The translations under genes were made by a program, and so were the position numbers. A stretch of 64,000 bases of DNA from an uncultured Chloroflexia bacterium (GTDB lineage Bacteria > Chloroflexota > Limnocylindria > Limnocylindrales > CSP1-4): assembly GCA_963752475.1 (NCBI GenBank), contig CAVVYR010000006.1, positions 128,001 through 192,000 on the forward strand. The letters run 5' to 3'. Positions 19,991-29,058 of this stretch are shown here, piece after piece. How positions within the stretch are numbered: the stretch's first letter is position 1; each line of letters opens with the position of its first letter. The notes beneath the pieces were generated by a model that was not told where the DNA came from, did not search any database, and saw only the letters and a list, made by a program, of their open reading frames with translations.

Positions 19991-22222
19991 ATGCGTTCCG
20001 AACCCCGCGCCCCGCGCCTCTTCCACCGGCTGAGGTCGCTCCTCGACCGAACCCACGGCGGCAACCGTGACCGGTCGCTCCAGCGCGGCCAGGTCCTGCC
20101 CATCTTCGTCATCATGACCGTGGTCATCCTGGGCGGGGCGGCGCTCATCAGCGACGTGGCCTGGTGGTGGACCAACGAGCAGCGGATGCAGCGAGCCGCT
20201 GACGCCGGCGCCCTCGCCGGCGCCGTCTACCTCCCCGGCGATGAGAACCGGGCGTTCTCATCCGCTCTCTCGGAGGCCCACAAGAACGGATATACGAACG
20301 GCCAGGACGGCATCAGCGTGACTCCTCGGCGCGATCCCAGCAACGAGCGCAAGCTCATCGTGGATGTCGGCGGCGATGTCGGTACCCACTTCGCGCGCAT
20401 CTTCGGCATGACCGACGTCGCGGTGTCGGTGACCGGTGCCGCGGAGTTCGTGCTGCCGGTGCCCATGGGCAGCCCGGAGAACTACTACGGCGTATTCGGG
20501 ATGCTCAACACGGACGACGGTGGCACGAATGAAGCGGGCTCGGATGCCGTCACGACCGAGTTCACCGCCGGTGACGGAGGCAGTGGAACGTGGACCGCGA
20601 CGAGCGGATCGAAGCTCAACGCGATCCAGGCTGTCGATGGTGTCTACCTCCAGAACGGGACCAACATGGCCACCCAGTACTTCGGGGACTTCGGTCTACT
20701 GGATGCGGGCGGGGTACCCGCAGCCGGTGCTGATGAGGACATCACCATCCTCGGCATCGAGGTCCTGCTCGACGATGTCCATCTGACCGGTGACTGCATC
20801 AACACGTTCGTAGAGGTCCACCTATGGGGCAACGATGGTAGTAATTGGTCTCAGCCGGCCTGGAACGAAGCGAACGATGGCCCCTTCCTGAACACGACGC
20901 CGCAGGACTTCAGCATCGGCGGAAGTGGCAGTGCCAGTGACAACGCATTCGACACGGGCTGGACTCGGAGCGACCTGCGAGACGGACGGTTCTACGTCCG
21001 GTTGCGTACTCGCAAGGGCTGCGGCAACGGTGCCAACATCCGGGTCGACCAGGTCCGCGTTCGAGTGCACTACCGCGTGGACAGCTTCGTGCCCGACGCC
21101 CCCGTGGCCGGCCCCAACGGCGAGGTCCTGACACCGCGTGGCTTCTGGGCCTCGATGATGACCCAGGGTGCGGAGACGACGAACGGCGACGCCTTTCTCC
21201 CGCACTACAACCGACGGACCAGCATCACCAACACCGCGCAGAACACGGACGAGTACTACAACTACGCCATCGAGATGCCGCCCGGCAGCAGCAACGGCAG
21301 GGTCTACCTCTTCGACCCGGGCTTCTGCGCCGGCGATCTGCAGCTGGGCTTGGGAGACAGCTGGGCCGGCAACCGCAACACCGACGAGGTGAGCACCTTC
21401 TACAAGCTGTACGAGGACGTGTCAAACACCCCCTACTACTTCGACGATGACACCGAGATCGCCTCGTCTGGTGACCTGTTCAGGCAGAGCTCCGGCTGGG
21501 ACGGGGACCTCACAAGCGCCAACGACTCGCCCGGCCCACAGGGCTGCGATGCGTACCATCTGGGTTGGTATGAGCTCACCAGTGGTGTGACGCCCAGCCT
21601 GAGTGGAGGTGCTGAGGGCCGTGTGTACCGGCTCCACGCGACCACCTTCGACTCGACCGACGTCGACGGCCAGCGGGGCTCCAATGCCCGCAACCACTTC
21701 TCCATCTTCGTGGACGCGCAGCTGAACGGCGGAACGGACGGCCCGCGGGTCTACGGCATCGGCGCGATGGGCATGTTCACCCAGCTGCCCGGTGGTCAGA
21801 CGTCCGAGTTCTACCTGGCTCAGATCGACGAGGCTCACAAGGGCAAGACGATGCAGATCCAGCTGTGGGATGCCGGCGACACGAACCAGAGAGCCGAGAT
21901 CGAGATCCTCGGACCGACGGACAGTGGCTGGACTCCGCGGACGCTGATCTACAGCGCCGTGCCGGACTCGTACGCCGCCAGCGGGACCTGGTGCAACGAT
22001 GTCTCCAGCACCGGCACGTCGATCGTCACCCACGACGGCAGCAATCGCCGGTACAACGGCTGTTGGCTGACGATCACGATCCCGCTCGACGGGGACTATG
22101 ACGCCCCCCAGGACGGCTGGTGGAAGATCAGGTACGACATCACCGGTTCCGATGTCGCCACCGACATCACGACGTGGCAGGTCGCGCTGATCGGCAATCC
22201 CGTCCACCTCGTCCAGGAGTAG
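19991..22222 (+). CDS. TadG-like large pilus-tip protein
   Basis: RGQVLPIF, QRAADAGALAGA Tad N-terminal motif; long acidic Gly/Asp/Thr-rich extracellular domain. Confidence 0.8.
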   Translation: MRSEPRAPRLFHRLRSLLDRTHGGNRDRSLQRGQVLPIFVIMTVVILGGAALISDVAWWWTNEQRMQRAADAGALAGAVYLPGDENRAFSSALSEAHKNGYTNGQDGISVTPRRDPSNERKLIVDVGGDVGTHFARIFGMTDVAVSVTGAAEFVLPVPMGSPENYYGVFGMLNTDDGGTNEAGSDAVTTEFTAGDGGSGTWTATSGSKLNAIQAVDGVYLQNGTNMATQYFGDFGLLDAGGVPAAGADEDITILGIEVLLDDVHLTGDCINTFVEVHLWGNDGSNWSQPAWNEANDGPFLNTTPQDFSIGGSGSASDNAFDTGWTRSDLRDGRFYVRLRTRKGCGNGANIRVDQVRVRVHYRVDSFVPDAPVAGPNGEVLTPRGFWASMMTQGAETTNGDAFLPHYNRRTSITNTAQNTDEYYNYAIEMPPGSSNGRVYLFDPGFCAGDLQLGLGDSWAGNRNTDEVSTFYKLYEDVSNTPYYFDDDTEIASSGDLFRQSSGWDGDLTSANDSPGPQGCDAYHLGWYELTSGVTPSLSGGAEGRVYRLHATTFDSTDVDGQRGSNARNHFSIFVDAQLNGGTDGPRVYGIGAMGMFTQLPGGQTSEFYLAQIDEAHKGKTMQIQLWDAGDTNQRAEIEILGPTDSGWTPRTLIYSAVPDSYAASGTWCNDVSSTGTSIVTHDGSNRRYNGCWLTITIPLDGDYDAPQDGWWKIRYDITGSDVATDITTWQVALIGNPVHLVQE

Positions 22223-22324
22223 CCAGCCTCGACCTTCGCGGCTGTAGGCGCTCGGGCCTCGAGGCCCGCTATCAGCTCCTGGGGCTTGGCGTCGCCGAGC
22301 CCGGCGTCGCCCGCGTGGGCCGCT

Positions 22325-22545
22325 CTCGGCTCTCATGTCGCCCGGGTCGACGCTATCGGCCGAGTCCCGGCCCGGTGGCCTCGCGATGTGGCCAGACGTC
22401 GCCCGGGTCGGCTCTCATGTCGCCCGGGTCGACGCTATCGGCCGGCCTCGGCTCTCATGTCGCCCGGGTCCGCGCTATCGGCCGAGTCCCGGCCCGGTGG
22501 CCTCGCGATGTGGCCAGACGTCGCCCGGGTCGACGCTATCGGCCG
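22325..22545. repeat. Tandem array of palindromic core GTCGCCCGGGTCGACGCTATCGGCCG
   Basis: Core copies at ~22337, 22398 (truncated), 22419, 22459 and 22520, with duplicated linkers. Confidence 0.9.
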
Positions 22546-22560
22546 CTTCGGGCGTTCTCT

Positions 22561-22743
22561 GTAGCCAGTCGTCGTGGGAGTCGACGGTAGACCTGCTCGG
22601 CGTGGTGGTTGGGCGGTCGTGGCGTCGATCGGGCGTGCGGGGTATGCCCAGCCACGCTCGGGATCGGTGGCGGGCGCGTGCATGACGACATCAGGAGAGA
22701 CTACGAGTGCGACTACCGTCGACTCCGGCGACGCATGTCCACA
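22561..22743. repeat. Solo 183-nt arm core homologous to the inverted arms at 32.0-33.4 kb
   Basis: Ungapped match of blocks A, B and C to 32175-32357, including an identical TATGCCCAGCCACGCTC. Confidence 0.8.
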
Positions 22744-22823
22744 TCGGTCACTCGAGAGGCACTCGTCGAGCGGCCCAGCGGCCAAGCCCACGACGTCCAC
22801 GACCGTCGCTGGCCTCAGAACGC

Positions 22824-22850
22824 TAATTCCGATAAGATAGGTCGGGATTA
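22824..22850. promoter_or_regulatory. Imperfect palindrome upstream of sufB (candidate Rrf2/IscR-type operator)
   Basis: TAATTCCGAT-N7-GTCGGGATTA, an AT-rich patch ~100 nt before sufB. Confidence 0.55.
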
Positions 22851-22952
22851 ACCCCGCACTGCCGGGGAGCGCCTCCGGACCGCGCACGCGGACCCTTTCA
22901 ACCGCCGGGAGCGGCCATAGAACCCCGACTTCAGACGCCTCGAGGAGGCCCC

Positions 22953-24353
22953 ATGGTCAGCCAGCCAGAGATCAAGGATCGTCGAGAGGAATACGCCTTC
23001 CACGACGACATCGTCTATCTCCACGAAGCCAAGCGTGGCCTCACGCGGGCCACGGTCGAGGAGATCAGCGCCATCAAGGAAGAGCCGGAGTGGATGCTCG
23101 AGCACCGGCTCCGCGCCTACGACCACTGGCTCAAGCGCCCCATGCCGCAGTGGACCGAAGGCCTCGACAAGATCGACTACAACAACATCATCTACTACCG
23201 CAAGCCCTCGGAGCGGGAAGAGAAGTCGTGGGATGACGTCCCCGACCAGATCAAGGACACCTTCGAGAAGCTGGGCATCCCGGAGGCCGAGCGGGCCTTC
23301 CTCGCCGGCGTCGGCGCGCAGTACGACTCGGAGGTGGTGTACCACTCGGTCAAGGAGGAGCTGCAGAAGATCGGTGTGGTCTTCATGGGCACCGACCAGG
23401 CGCTCAAGGAGTATCCCGAGATCTTCAAGGAGCACTTCGGCACCGTCGTCCCGCCGGAGGACAACAAGTTCAGCGCGCTCAATAGCGCCGTCTGGTCCGG
23501 TGGCTCCTTCGTCTACGTCCCGCCGGGCGTGGAGGTGCCGCTGCCGCTGCAGGCCTACTTCCGCATCAACGGTGAGAACACCGGTCAGTTCGAGCGCACG
23601 CTCATCGTCGTGGACGAGGGTGCCTCGGTCCACTACATCGAGGGCTGCACCGCGCCGATCTACGCCACCGAGTCGCTGCACGTGGCAGTGGTGGAGGTCA
23701 TCGCCAAGCCGCGATCGAACGTCCGCTACACGACCATCCAGAACTGGTCCAACGACGTCTACAACCTCGTGACCAAGCGCGCCCACGCCTACGAGGACAG
23801 CAGGGTCGAGTGGATCGACGCCAACACCGGCTCCCGCAAGACCGTCAAGTACCCCAGCATCTATCTGCGTGGCCGGGGCGCCACCGCGGACATCATCTCC
23901 GTGGCCGTCGCCGGCGAGGGCCAGCACCAGGACACCGGGGCCAAGGCCGTCCATCTCGCGCCTGACACCCGCAGCCGCATCGTGAGCAAGTCCGTCAGCA
24001 AGGACAACGGTCGCGGCACCTATCGTGGCCAGGTCAAGGTCGCGCCCGGCGCCACCAACGCGGTGGCCAGCATCCGCTGCGATGCCCTGCTCCTTTCGGA
24101 TAAGAGCCGCAGCGACACGTACCCGTACATCGACATCCAGGAAGACGACACCACGCTCACCCACGAGGCGACGGTGGGCAAGGTCAGCGAGGACCAGGTC
24201 TTCTACCTCATGAGCCGTGGGCTCACCGAGAACGAAGCCCAGAACCTCATCGTGCAGGGCTTCCTGGAGGTCTTCACCAAGGAACTCCCGATGGAATACG
24301 CCATCGAGTTCAACCGCCTCGTGAAGCTGGAAATGGAGGGATCGCTCGGGTGA
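22953..24353 (+). CDS. sufB: Fe-S cluster assembly protein SufB
   Basis: AQYDSEVVY, NSAVWSGGSF, GQFERTLI, YIEGCTAP, HEATVGKVSEDQVFYLMSRG. Confidence 0.97.
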   Translation: MVSQPEIKDRREEYAFHDDIVYLHEAKRGLTRATVEEISAIKEEPEWMLEHRLRAYDHWLKRPMPQWTEGLDKIDYNNIIYYRKPSEREEKSWDDVPDQIKDTFEKLGIPEAERAFLAGVGAQYDSEVVYHSVKEELQKIGVVFMGTDQALKEYPEIFKEHFGTVVPPEDNKFSALNSAVWSGGSFVYVPPGVEVPLPLQAYFRINGENTGQFERTLIVVDEGASVHYIEGCTAPIYATESLHVAVVEVIAKPRSNVRYTTIQNWSNDVYNLVTKRAHAYEDSRVEWIDANTGSRKTVKYPSIYLRGRGATADIISVAVAGEGQHQDTGAKAVHLAPDTRSRIVSKSVSKDNGRGTYRGQVKVAPGATNAVASIRCDALLLSDKSRSDTYPYIDIQEDDTTLTHEATVGKVSEDQVFYLMSRGLTENEAQNLIVQGFLEVFTKELPMEYAIEFNRLVKLEMEGSLG

Positions 24354-25705
24354 GTCTCGCCCCGTTGAACCTGGCCTGGGCTACGCAGACGCATGCCCGG
24401 GGGACCTCGAGTGCTCTGGGGGAGCCCGATTGGCTGACCGCCGACCGACTGGCTGCTCTCGAGCAGGTCGCTGAGCTCCCGGTCGAGCCCAACCAGCTCT
24501 ACATCACCTACATCGACCTGCGTGCGGTCGACTTCGCCGCGGTCGAGCCCTATCCGCCGACCGCCGCCGCGGAGCACGCGCGTGAGGCGGCGCTTCCCGA
24601 GGGCGCTTCGGCGCTCATCCACGTCGACGAGCGTGCGGTGGCCTCGTGCGTCGTCTCGTCGGAGGCGCGTGAGGCCGGCGTGGTCATCTCGACCATCGCC
24701 CAGGTCGCCAACGAGCAGCCCGAGCTGATCCGCGAGTTCATCGAAGGTGGCGGATCGCTGCCGGCCGATGACACCTTCGGCCAGGTGGCCCGTTCGCTCT
24801 ACTCGCTCGGTCTCTTCATCCACGTGCCGGCCGATGTCGAGCTTTCGGCACCGATCGTGCTGCGCTGGAGCGCCGGCGCCGCGGGCTTCGGGCTCATCAG
24901 CCGGACCATCGTCACCCTTGGCGCCAACGCGCATGCCTCGGTCTACGAGGAGCAGATCGCTTCGGACGAAGCCACCGTCGAGGCCTCCACGCGTGCCGAC
25001 AGCATCTGGTGGGGCACCACCGAGGTCCACGTCGGTGATGGCGCCACGCTCGACTTCTCGGCCGAGCAGGACTTCGGTCTCTCCACCGCCGCGTTCGTCA
25101 CGCGCCAGTCGAAGGTCGGCAAGGACGCCACCATCAACTGGGCCGTGGCCAGCGTCGGCAGCCGCCTCTACCGCAGCCGCCTCGAGAACCTGCTCGAGGG
25201 CCGCGGCGCCAAGGTCTCCCAGGTGGAGATCCAGTTCGGCGATGGCAAGCAGCTGTTCGACCTGACGTCGTACACGCGTCACCTCGGCGAGGACGGCACC
25301 AGCGACCTGCTGAGCAAGGGCGTCTACACCGACAAGGCTCGCGGCTACATCAAGGGCCTCATCGACATCCCGTACTCGGGCCGCGGCACGGACTCATTCC
25401 TGGGTGAGTTCTCGATGCTGCTGCAGCGTACCGCTCGATCGGTGACGATCCCCAGCCTGGAGATCGACCAGCCCGACTGCCGTCGTGCCATGCACTCGTC
25501 GTCGGTGGGCCCCATCGACGAGACGCAGATCTTCTACCTCATGAGCCGTGGGCTCAGCGAGGACCAGGCGCGCAAGGCCATCGTCATGGGCTTCCTCGAC
25601 CCGGTCGTCGCCCGCATCCCGCTGCCCGCGGCGCAGGATCGGCTGCGTGCTCGGCTCGCGCGCAAGTGGCCCGAGGGCCCTGCAGCGGCCGCATCAGCCG
25701 CGTAG
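24350..25705 (+). CDS. sufD: Fe-S cluster assembly protein SufD
   Basis: SIPSLEI-like motif, HSSSVGPIDETQIFYLMSRG; coupled to sufB. Confidence 0.9.
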   Translation: MSLAPLNLAWATQTHARGTSSALGEPDWLTADRLAALEQVAELPVEPNQLYITYIDLRAVDFAAVEPYPPTAAAEHAREAALPEGASALIHVDERAVASCVVSSEAREAGVVISTIAQVANEQPELIREFIEGGGSLPADDTFGQVARSLYSLGLFIHVPADVELSAPIVLRWSAGAAGFGLISRTIVTLGANAHASVYEEQIASDEATVEASTRADSIWWGTTEVHVGDGATLDFSAEQDFGLSTAAFVTRQSKVGKDATINWAVASVGSRLYRSRLENLLEGRGAKVSQVEIQFGDGKQLFDLTSYTRHLGEDGTSDLLSKGVYTDKARGYIKGLIDIPYSGRGTDSFLGEFSMLLQRTARSVTIPSLEIDQPDCRRAMHSSSVGPIDETQIFYLMSRGLSEDQARKAIVMGFLDPVVARIPLPAAQDRLRARLARKWPEGPAAAASAA

Positions 25706-25836
25706 GCTACGCCCGATACATCTGGCAGGCGTTCGAGGTTCTATCGCGGAAACGGTTGCGCGTGCCGAAATGCGCGCTAGGCTATCGACAACGACACGGT
25801 GTCGTCGCACGTGTCACGAGTGGGAGTGAGTAGCGC

Positions 25837-26529
25837 ATGGATATCGATATCACGCTCCAGGGCTTGTTCCTGGGTGCACTGGCCATCGCCATCGGCCTGG
25901 CCTTCTGTTTCTGGGGCTTCCGGGTCTTCCTCGTCTTGCTACCGATCTGGGGCTTCTTCGCAGGCTTCCTCCTCGGTGCCAACGGTGTGGACTACATCCT
26001 CGGGGACGGCTTCCTCGCGACCACGCTGGGCTGGGTCGTGGGCTTCCTGTTGGGCCTGCTCTTTGCGGTCCTCTCGTACCTCTACTACTGGGTCGCCGTC
26101 ATCCTGCTCGGTGGAGCGCTGGGTTACCAGCTGACGCTGGGCCTGCTGCACTGGATCGGCTTCGAGGCCGACGGCATCCTCGCCTTCATCCTGGCCCTCG
26201 GCGGCGGCGCGTTGTTCGCGGTGGGCTTCTTCCTGCTGCAGATGCCGGCCGTGCTGGTCATCGTGGCCACCGCCATCTCCGGAGCGGGCGCGACCCTGGC
26301 TGGAGTCGCCGTCGCGCTCGGGATAGTTGCGGTCGAGGACTCCACCGGTGGCATCTTCGGTTTGCACAGCCAGTGGGACTTCGGCTGGATCGGCATCATC
26401 GCCGCTATCGCCCTGGCTTTCGCCGGCGCGATCTACCAGACCAGGACGATCTCGGACATGACTTCGGCGATCACCGCCGATCAGTACATGAACCCGGGCC
26501 TCGACAAGCCAGGTGGCTCCGCGGCCTGA
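25837..26529 (+). CDS. DUF4203 (TMEM198/TM7SF3-like) membrane protein
   Basis: GLAFCFWGFRVFLVLLPIWGFFAGF; about 7 TM helices. Confidence 0.75.
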   Translation: MDIDITLQGLFLGALAIAIGLAFCFWGFRVFLVLLPIWGFFAGFLLGANGVDYILGDGFLATTLGWVVGFLLGLLFAVLSYLYYWVAVILLGGALGYQLTLGLLHWIGFEADGILAFILALGGGALFAVGFFLLQMPAVLVIVATAISGAGATLAGVAVALGIVAVEDSTGGIFGLHSQWDFGWIGIIAAIALAFAGAIYQTRTISDMTSAITADQYMNPGLDKPGGSAA

Positions 26530-26600
26530 CCTGGAGGGCCCCTTCGTGGCCCATATCAGCGAACCGAACGGCCGGTGCCTCGAGCGCCGGCCGTTCTTCG

Positions 26601-26682
26601 TGCGTCGGGGCGTGAGGCTCGTTCGTCGGCCGTCTGCGTCGGGGCGTGAGGCTCGTTCGTCGGCCGTCTGCGTCGGGGCGTG
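26601..26682. repeat. 34-bp tandem repeat x2.4
   Basis: TGCGTCGGGGCGTGAGGCTCGTTCGTCGGCCGTC at 26601 and 26635, partial at 26669. Confidence 0.9.
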
Positions 26683-26781
26683 GGTGCGGCCCCGGGGTAT
26701 GGCCGCGGGTGCGTCGGGCTCGGGCCGGTGGAAGAAGGCGAGCTTCGGGCTGCTGGCGTGAGTTCACGTACCATGGGCGCG

Positions 26782-27132
26782 ATGGAATCCGAGATACGCC
26801 CCGTCCGCCACGTGCCCGTGGCGAAGGCCGCCGACCTCGTGGAAGGCACCATGCAGATGGTCGAAGTCGACGGCACGCTCATCCTCCTTGTCCGACAGGA
26901 AGGCCTCTACGCGCTTCAGGGCACCTGCTCGCACGAGTACTTCGAGCTCGACAAGGGTTTCCTGACCGACGGCTCGGTCACCTGTGCTCTGCACTTCTCG
27001 CGCTTCGAGCTGGAGGACGGTGAGTCGCTGGATCCGCCCGCGGAGCTTCCGCTGGTGAAGTTCCCGGTCAGCGAGGTCGATGGCGACATCGTGCTCGAGC
27101 TGCCCGAAGGCGAGATCCCCATCAACGAGTAA
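26782..27132 (+). CDS. Rieske [2Fe-2S] ferredoxin
   Basis: CSH...CALH ligand motif; TACCAT 7 nt upstream of the ATG. Confidence 0.9.
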   Translation: MESEIRPVRHVPVAKAADLVEGTMQMVEVDGTLILLVRQEGLYALQGTCSHEYFELDKGFLTDGSVTCALHFSRFELEDGESLDPPAELPLVKFPVSEVDGDIVLELPEGEIPINE

Positions 27133-27156
27133 TCCTCACCTGGAGGTCGTCGACCC

Positions 27157-27861
27157 ATGGACATCACGCTGCAGGGCGTGCTCATCGGCGTGTTCGCTCT
27201 GGCCATCGGCCTGGGCCTTGTCTTCCGCGGCTTCAAGCTGTTCATGCTGTTGCTGCCGCTGCTCGGCTTCATCGGTGGCTTCATGCTTGGCGCCGGCCTC
27301 ATCGAGGCGTTCCTCGGAGACGGCTTCTTCGCCACGCTGCTGAGCTGGGGTGCCGGGTTCGTCTTCGGGATCGTGATGGCCGTGCTCTCGTACCTCTACT
27401 ACTGGCTGGCCGTGGGCGTGCTCGGTGGCTTCATCGGCTACCAGCTGACGCTGGGCCTGCTGGCCTGGATCGGCTTCGATGAGTCGGGCATCATCCCGAT
27501 CCTCATCGCGTTCATCGTGGCGCTGGGCGTGGGCGTCGTGTTCCTGCTCTCGAACATGCCGACGGTCGTTGCCATCGTGGGTACCGCGCTTGCTGGTGCC
27601 GCGCTGGCCGTCGCCGGCGCCGCGCTGGCCCTGGGTCTGGCGCCGTCCGAAGGGCTCGTCGATGGCGTCTTCGGTATCTATGCCAGCGAGGAGTTGGGTT
27701 GGATCGGGGTGCTGCTGCTGGCAGGATTGGCGCTCGGCGGCATGGTGCTGCAGGCGCGTGATCTCACCCCCGACGATGCGGTCATCGCACCCGATCAGTT
27801 CCGTAACCCGGGCATCGGTGGCGCTGGCGATGGCAGCGGCGGAGGCCCGGCCGCGGCTTAG
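27157..27861 (+). CDS. DUF4203 membrane protein paralog
   Basis: Shares DITLQG, VLSYLYYW, GYQLTLGLL and NPG with the 25837 gene. Confidence 0.75.
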   Translation: MDITLQGVLIGVFALAIGLGLVFRGFKLFMLLLPLLGFIGGFMLGAGLIEAFLGDGFFATLLSWGAGFVFGIVMAVLSYLYYWLAVGVLGGFIGYQLTLGLLAWIGFDESGIIPILIAFIVALGVGVVFLLSNMPTVVAIVGTALAGAALAVAGAALALGLAPSEGLVDGVFGIYASEELGWIGVLLLAGLALGGMVLQARDLTPDDAVIAPDQFRNPGIGGAGDGSGGGPAAA

Positions 27862-27957
27862 GGGGTGTGGCTCCGGACCGGGGCCATGGGGCATGGCGCC
27901 GCCTCGCGCGGTGCTCGTTGCGCCCGGCGTGGTCGGTGGCCGCCGCAGTCGCCAGCA

Positions 27958-28049
27958 CCAGGCGCTCGAGGATGGTGCCGCCAGCCCCGAGATCAGCGCT
28001 CGAGGATGGTGCGGCTAGCGCCCGAGGTCAGCGCTCCAGGATGGTGCCG
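27958..28049. repeat. 35-bp-period triplication of the 3' end of the cyclodeaminase gene
   Basis: GCGCTCSAGGATGGTGC occurs three times; the last copy holds the gene's stop. Confidence 0.75.
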
Positions 28050-29017
28050 ATGCCCTCGTTGGCGGCGACCGTCAGGATGGCGTCGCCGAACACGACATCG
28101 GCCAGGCCGACCCCCAGGTGCGTGACGACCACGCGTCCCTCGGGCCGAGGCGTGCCGGCCGCGATGGCTTCGCCGATCATGGCCTCGGGCTCCGGATAGC
28201 CGACGAACTGCGTCTTGGTACGGTTGGCCAGGTACTGTCCTCGGTCGTCGGTAAGGAACAGCGCCGCGTCCTTGACCAACGATGCCGGCACACACATGTC
28301 GTAGTCGACGGCCACGACCGTGGCATCCGATCGGAATGCCTCTGCCGGGATCGCCTGGCGATCAGGCCCGAACGACACCAGCGTCAGCACCAACGCGGCA
28401 CCCTCCACGGCCTCCGTCGCATCGGTGGCCACGCTGACCTCGCCGATCCGTCCATGGTCGCCGGCGGCGATCTCGGCCGCCAGCGTCTCGGCCCGCGCGC
28501 GGTCGCGGTCGCAGATGGTCACCGCCACCCCCGGCAGCAGGTGGGCCACGATCGGCAGGTGGCTTCGGGCCTGGACGCCCGCCCCCACGATCGTCACCGG
28601 CCCGGGATCGGCCGGGCCCCAGCGCGAGATGGCCACTCCGCTCACGGCAGCGGTCCGCAAGGCGGTGATGCCACCGGCGTCAAGGATGCCCAGCGGCAGC
28701 CCCGTCACCGCGTCGCTGATGACGGTCGTGGCCGTGATCGCCGGCAGCCCGCGTCCGGCGTTCTCCGGGAAGCCCACGACCCACTTGATGCCCAGAAGGT
28801 CCTCGCTGGCATCGGCCGCCGCACCGCGCATCCAGGCGGGCATGGCATGGGCGAACGAATCGGCCGGGGAGGGGTCGACGCCGATCTTCGGCGGCAGCTG
28901 TGCATCGTCGACGAGGGCCAGCATCGTGGTCTCGGCCAGGCTCAGACGCTCATCGACGGCGGGCATGGCAGCGCGCACGTCGGCAGCGCTGAGGTAGCGA
29001 AGGGGAGGCGTGTCCAT
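28028..29017 (-). CDS. Ornithine cyclodeaminase/mu-crystallin family protein
   Basis: HAMPA, GIKWV, ITALRTAAVS, GAGVQARSH, GVGLADV. Confidence 0.88.
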   Translation of the reverse strand: MDTPPLRYLSAADVRAAMPAVDERLSLAETTMLALVDDAQLPPKIGVDPSPADSFAHAMPAWMRGAAADASEDLLGIKWVVGFPENAGRGLPAITATTVISDAVTGLPLGILDAGGITALRTAAVSGVAISRWGPADPGPVTIVGAGVQARSHLPIVAHLLPGVAVTICDRDRARAETLAAEIAAGDHGRIGEVSVATDATEAVEGAALVLTLVSFGPDRQAIPAEAFRSDATVVAVDYDMCVPASLVKDAALFLTDDRGQYLANRTKTQFVGYPEPEAMIGEAIAAGTPRPEGRVVVTHLGVGLADVVFGDAILTVAANEGIGTILER

Positions 29018-29058
29018 GCGGCAAGGATAGGCGGGCGGCGGACCGATAGGATGGAGAG

